A stretch of 64,000 bases of DNA from Chiloscyllium plagiosum (Eukaryota): assembly GCF_004010195.1 (NCBI RefSeq), contig NC_057719.1, positions 64,860,819-64,924,818 on the forward strand, in the 5' to 3' direction. The notes under the pieces are model-generated. The model did not search any database, was not told where the DNA came from, and saw only the letters and a list, made by a program, of their open reading frames with translations. Position numbers and translations under genes: made by a program. Shown here piece by piece: positions 61,944 to 64,000 of this stretch. Positions within the stretch are counted from its first letter, which is position 1; each line of letters opens with the position of its first letter.

Positions 61944-64000
61944 ATAAGAAATAGGAACAGTAGTATACCAGTTTGGTCCCTTGAGCCTGCTCCCCAATCC
62001 AATAGGATCAAGGCTGCTATGACATCCTTATATCCACTTTCCTGCAATTTTCCCATAACTGACAAAGAATCTATCTCAGCCTTAAGTATACATAAGGATT
62101 CTACCTCCACAGATTCCTCTGTGAGATGGAATTCTTCCTCATCTCAGTCTTAAGTTGGCACTCTTTTATTTGGAATGTATGCCATCTGGTTTGAGACGCT
62201 CCCGTGTGGGGAAGCATCCTCTCTACATTTACCCTGTCAAGCTCCTTAAGAATCCTATACGTTTCGATGAAATCACTCTCACCTTTCTAACTCCTGTGAG
62301 TAGAGAACCAACTGTTTAGCTTTCTGTTCATAAAATAATCCCTCCATATCAGAGATCATTCTTGTAGACCTATCTTTCCTTAAATAAATGGACCAAAACT
62401 ACTCCAGATTTGGTCTCACCGGTACTTGGTACTGCCGCAGTAAGACTTCCTCACACTTATACACCCCGTTCCCCCCACCTTGAAATAAGGACCCTCATTC
62501 CATTAGCCTTCCTGATTACCTGTTGCACCCATGACTTAACTTTCTATGTTTTAGCTGCAAGTTTCCAAAGTCCCTTGGTGTTGTGATTTTAAGAGTTTTT
62601 CTCCATCTGAGTAATACTGTATATTCTCCCTTCCAAAATGAACAAATTCACATTGCTCCATTTGCCAACTTTTTGCTCACTTACTTAACCTACCGATATC
62701 ACTCTAAAACTCTTTGTATCCCTCTCACAACCTTCCTTTCCATCTATTTTTGTGTGTCTGCAAAATTGGCTACAGTATATTTGCTTCCTTTCTCCAAGTC
62801 AATAATATATATTGTAAACATTTTCATTCCCATCGCTGATCCCTGTGGTCACTGGTCACCAATTAGAAAATAGTCCCTTATCCCCACTTGCTGTTTCTTG
62901 CCTGTGAGTCAATTCTCTATCCACACCAATACACTATCTCTTATCTTATGGGATCTTATTTTATGGGCTCTTATGACTTAATCTTTTGATGGGTACCTAG
63001 CTGAATGCCTTCTGGAGCTCCACTGTAGTTGAGACCTCCTCAAAGCATACTATTAGTCCGATTATGATTTCCCTTTCATGAAGCCGTGCTGACTGCTTGA
63101 TTTGATTATGATTTTCCAAGTGTTCTGCTGTTACTTCCTTAATAATTGATTCCAATACTTTTCCAACAATAAATGCTATGCAACCTGCTTTTGCCTCCCT
63201 TTTTAAGTAGGGGTGTCATATTGGTGTTTTCCAATTCTCTGGTACTTCTTAAGAATCCAACAATTTTTCAAAAATTACAACCAATACATCCACAATTTCC
63301 GTCACTATCTCTTTTAGAATCTGAGGATGCAAGCCATCAAGGTTAGGAACTTCTCTATCTTTAGCCCCATTAGTTTGTCTAATACTATTTCTTTAGTGCT
63401 GATGATGGCACTTAATTCTTTTCCATATTCTTTTGCATTCATGGAAATCTTCGAAGAATCTTTCACCGTAAAGACTGATTAAACAAAGTATCTGTTTAAC
63501 TTCTTGTTCCCTATAACCGATTCCCCAGATTCATTTTTTAAAGAATCAGTGTTCATTTTGGCCATTCGTTTCCTTTTCATTTATTTAAAGAAGCTCTTAT
63601 TGTCAGATTTTATATTCCTCATTAGTTAACCCTCAGTTTATTTTCTGTTTTTTTCAGTCCTCTTTTGCTGGATTTTGAATTTATCCCAATCTTAGGGGCT
63701 ATTGCTGACATTTGCCTCCGTATATGCTTTTTTTTCAACTCCATCATCACCTTAACTTCCTTGGTTAGTGATGGTTGGTTTATCCCTCTTTTAGAATCTT
63801 TCCTCCTTACTGGAATATATGTTTGTTGAGAATCATGGATTACCTCCTTTCATGTCTGACATTGCTTACTTGCTATCATTGCTGCTAATCTATCTGCCCA
63901 GTTCACTTTAGTTAACTTTATCTCATTTCATTGTAATTTTCTTTATTTATGTTAAACATAGTCATTTCCAACCTAAGTTTCTCAAGCTGAAACTCAGTAC
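61944..64000 (-). mobile_element. Old CR1-clade LINE fragment running off the window end
   Basis: 3' end cataagaaataggaacag; antisense of decayed RT motifs (tgtctgcaaaa = FAD, atgaagccgtgctgact = SQHGF). Confidence 0.8.

Overview
AT-rich, repeat-dense vertebrate DNA with no recognisable intact host gene. The repeat content points to a shark genome, probably an orectolobiform (carpet or bamboo) shark; this is inferred only from HE1-type SINEs, HER1/CR1 LINEs and other elasmobranch-type repeats. The window looks like a long intron or intergenic region. It contains young and old CR1-clade LINE fragments, L2-like LINE fragments with a partner tRNA-SINE, two HE1-like SINEs and two decayed Gypsy LTR-retrotransposon remnants. 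It also holds about 15 short Penelope-like element (PLE) derivatives. The PLE derivatives are the most interesting signal. Three subfamilies carry minimal hammerhead-ribozyme motifs (CUGANGA-A-stem II-GAAA-palindrome-UH). Many are 115-310 bp insertions with 11-16 bp target-site duplications (TSDs), several are fold-back palindromes whose inversion point lies at the ribozyme, and one encloses a tail-less CR1 fragment under a single 16-bp TSD. In unique sequence there are a few speculative splice-related candidates: a structured acceptor/microexon at ~41050, a 29-nt cassette at 32057 and an AG|GT motif at 23083. The ORFs I could identify are transposon remnants, and the rest look like chance ORFs. 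Boundaries of old repeats are approximate, and family names were assigned by eye without a database search.
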